Origin: Perkinsus olseni
Taxonomy: Eukaryota
DNA: 36,474 nucleotides
Reading direction: 5' to 3'
Assembly: GCA_013115125.1 (NCBI GenBank)
Contig: JABANN010000349.1
Coordinates: 1 to 36,474 of the forward strand
In this document: positions 34,200 to 36,474 of the stretch, piece by piece
How the letters are laid out: every line of letters starts with the position of its first letter
Numbering within the stretch: the first letter of the stretch is position 1
Position numbers and translations under genes: made by a program
Notes under the pieces: model-generated
Seen by the model: the letters and a program-made list of their open reading frames with translations, nothing else
What the model was told of the DNA's origin: nothing
Databases searched by the model: none

Positions 34200-36474
34200 T
34201 TAGTAAGCGGGTTAGCGGGCAAACCCGTTGTGTTAATTTCCCGTTCAATGAAGTGATTCTGAAACTCGGAATCTAATCTTTGTCCAACTCGTGCGGTATT
34301 CGCGAATCACAAATACCGCGAAATCGATTCTTTTTCTGCTGAATGGAACCAGACTCATCGAGTGTAGCGCGTAGTGAAATCTCAGAAGATGAGAGGGAGG
34401 ATTGCGCACGCCACCACCAAGATTCCGACACAAAAGAACGGAGTGTGAAACGCTCAAGCGCTGTCTTGAAGTGAAGCGCTGACCTCTAGGCAGGTAGTGA
34501 CAGATAGTGAGTCACTTCCGCAGGGACGTGTATCGACGACCTAGCGTGCTCTGTAAAATTCGCAGTGTTGCAGTGGAATGCGGCTGGCCACCCAGCTGCA
34601 TTAGAACGTGATCACAGGATCGGGAGTACGTAAAATACAACAAGTCGTCTGGACAGCAGAACAGTACCAAATCTTCATGAGGGCAGCCGAACATAAAAAG
34701 GCAACAACACAGGGTGACTTGACTTCGAAAATATGACGCATTCGGGTGAAATCGTTAGCGCCCCACGTACAGAATAAGACTATCCAAACCACCCGGATGA
34801 TTCTCTTTCAATAGAGCTTGAACTCACAATGAGTCACTCATCGATTCTCTTGAGAAGGTCTTGAGAGTGCCCATCGTGAGCCAGTGGACGATATTAGGGA
34901 TGCAGTATGCCTTTGGATCACGTGATCTCCTTTTAACTTCTTGAAGCGTCTTCGGCCAGGTATCAATCGAGACGTTACTGCCAGGTGGCGAGATGTATTC
35001 ACTGTAAGCCTTCAGCTGCTCCCTAGATAGCTCCCATTTATGTTCTGAGGAAGAAATTGATGTGCTAGCTTGTAATCCGAAATATCCGCTTCTCTATCCT
35101 CGGTAAGAGCATCGCCGTATGAAAATTGTTCGTTCACATGTTGAGAGAATAATTTGCAATATCAAGAGCTCACTACACAAAGCTCTGTCTCCTCTGTGCT
35201 TTCATAGCTATTCATTCACCTCTCTTCCCTGTACTCTGTCCATCAGAGTTATTCTACTGTTGGGTTAACAGTGCAGCGTAGCAGCTCCTTGTTACAAGAA
35301 TGGGTGACAACAATGCCAACGAGCCTACTCTATATTATGCTCTGCCTGAGTGTTATGATCCAATTACTAGCATGCTTGACTTCGAACAGTGGGTTCGAAA
35401 GTATCAAGCCTGTGCTAAGGCGAATAAGTGGTCTGATGAGGATAAGCTTAGACACCTCCCTCCCCTACTTAAAGGAGACGCTTGGATCATCTATGATGAG
35501 CTTGATGAAGAAGAGAAGGATACGCTAGAGAAGCTGGTTGACAATCTGACTAAGAAGTTGACGGTGGCTACTCAAATACAGTGTGGAGAACAACTACATC
35601 AACGTGTTTTTGACTATGGTAACGAGACCTTACTGACATATCAGAATGATGTGAAACGTTTGGCACATCGAGCGTATCCAGACATGCAAGATGCCCAGCT
35701 CAAACCCATAGTCCTGATGGCATTCATACGTGGACTTCGTGGTCACTCTGTATCTCTTGCTCGTAAGGTGCGTAATGCAAACCCCAAGACATTTGATCAG
35801 GCATTGCAGAAGGCCCAGTTCATCATGTCGGACCCGTTTATCGATGAAGCTGAACGTTCAGATCAAGAAGCTTTACGCCATGAACTGATCGCCATCAATG
35901 ACATCGACCAGCTTAGGGCGCAAGCCCCTGGACAAGAAGAGTATCATCAAAGCCAAGAGCCTACGGTATCATCGCTAACATCGTCACCATCTGCATCTCT
36001 GCCCGACGCGTCGAGAGATTCGTCTTCGTCGTCACCGGAATGGGTGGATAAGATTGTGAACGCCATAAAGAAGATAGAGCAGAAATGTGACTACTGCGGT
36101 AAATGGGGTCACCTAGAGTCCGACTGCTTCAAGAAGAGGCGAGATAGGAAGGCACAAGCGACTGCGCGGGCATCATCTAATGGTGAATCTGGTCAGAGGT
36201 TCCGTCGAGAGTATCCACGAACAGTTGGTGCGACATGCGGTTATTGTTTGAAACGGAATCATACTGAAGAGCAGTGCCAAACAAAGCGTCGAGCACTAGA
36301 ATTAAAAGGTCATCCTGTATCTGATGATGCTATTATGAGACCGAATGAGGTCAATGCTGTTAGTCTGGAGACTTCCCAGGGTAATCGTATACCCCTACTT
36401 GTGTAGTGAATGTTGTTGATACCACTACAACTCAACTCACACAGAGTTGTTAAAGGCTTAACTTAACCCTTACT
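34200..36474 (+). mobile_element. 5' part of an LTR retrotransposon, cut by the window end; left boundary unresolved
   Basis: AT-richer non-coding stretch preceding gag; no second LTR copy in the window to define the boundaries. Confidence 0.5.
35300..36406 (+). CDS. gag: LTR-retrotransposon Gag (Ty3/Gypsy-like capsid + two CCHC zinc knuckles)
   Basis: Intronless 368-aa ORF. Capsid-like FEQWVRKY...KWSDEDKLRHLPPLLKGDAWIIYDEL, AFIRGL and PKTFDQAL; two C-X2-C-X4-H-X4-C knuckles, CDYCGKWGHLESDC and CGYCLKRNHTEEQC. Confidence 0.9.
   Translation: MGDNNANEPTLYYALPECYDPITSMLDFEQWVRKYQACAKANKWSDEDKLRHLPPLLKGDAWIIYDELDEEEKDTLEKLVDNLTKKLTVATQIQCGEQLHQRVFDYGNETLLTYQNDVKRLAHRAYPDMQDAQLKPIVLMAFIRGLRGHSVSLARKVRNANPKTFDQALQKAQFIMSDPFIDEAERSDQEALRHELIAINDIDQLRAQAPGQEEYHQSQEPTVSSLTSSPSASLPDASRDSSSSSPEWVDKIVNAIKKIEQKCDYCGKWGHLESDCFKKRRDRKAQATARASSNGESGQRFRREYPRTVGATCGYCLKRNHTEEQCQTKRRALELKGHPVSDDAIMRPNEVNAVSLETSQGNRIPLLV

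Noticed and set aside
36455-36474. Telomere-like TAACCCT at the window end
   Set aside because: A single unit, in the wrong orientation for a right-hand telomere.
1-36474. CRISPR array or rRNA genes
   Set aside because: No regularly spaced direct repeats or rRNA-like conserved sequence were seen.

Overview
Eukaryotic, gene-dense DNA with many very short (about 40-65 nt) GT-AG introns. The style suggests an alveolate protist such as Perkinsus; this is an inference, not a database result. The most unusual part is the first 7.2 kb: three tandem + strand paralogs of a domain resembling the rolling-circle Rep (HUH endonuclease) of CRESS-DNA viruses. One paralog (2031-3359) also carries an SF3-helicase-like domain, one has lost the helicase by internal deletion, and one has only the N-terminal domain. 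Their catalytic motifs are largely degenerate, and all three have a phase-1 splice acceptor just upstream. The full-length copy can be spliced in frame to upstream exons encoding a coiled coil and an NLS-like basic stretch. A 59-nt near-perfect palindrome with a CRESS-nonanucleotide-like apex (4225-4283) lies between copies 2 and 3. The rest of the window holds a CRAL-TRIO/Sec14-domain gene, several hypothetical genes, a tRNA-Glu(CTC), and an intronless multi-pass membrane protein. It also holds two tandem, giant, multi-intron paralogous genes for signal-peptide-bearing helical/coiled-coil proteins (about 20705-27326 and 27752-34148), and a Ty3/Gypsy-type gag ORF at the right edge. Exon boundaries were read by eye and are only partially resolved.
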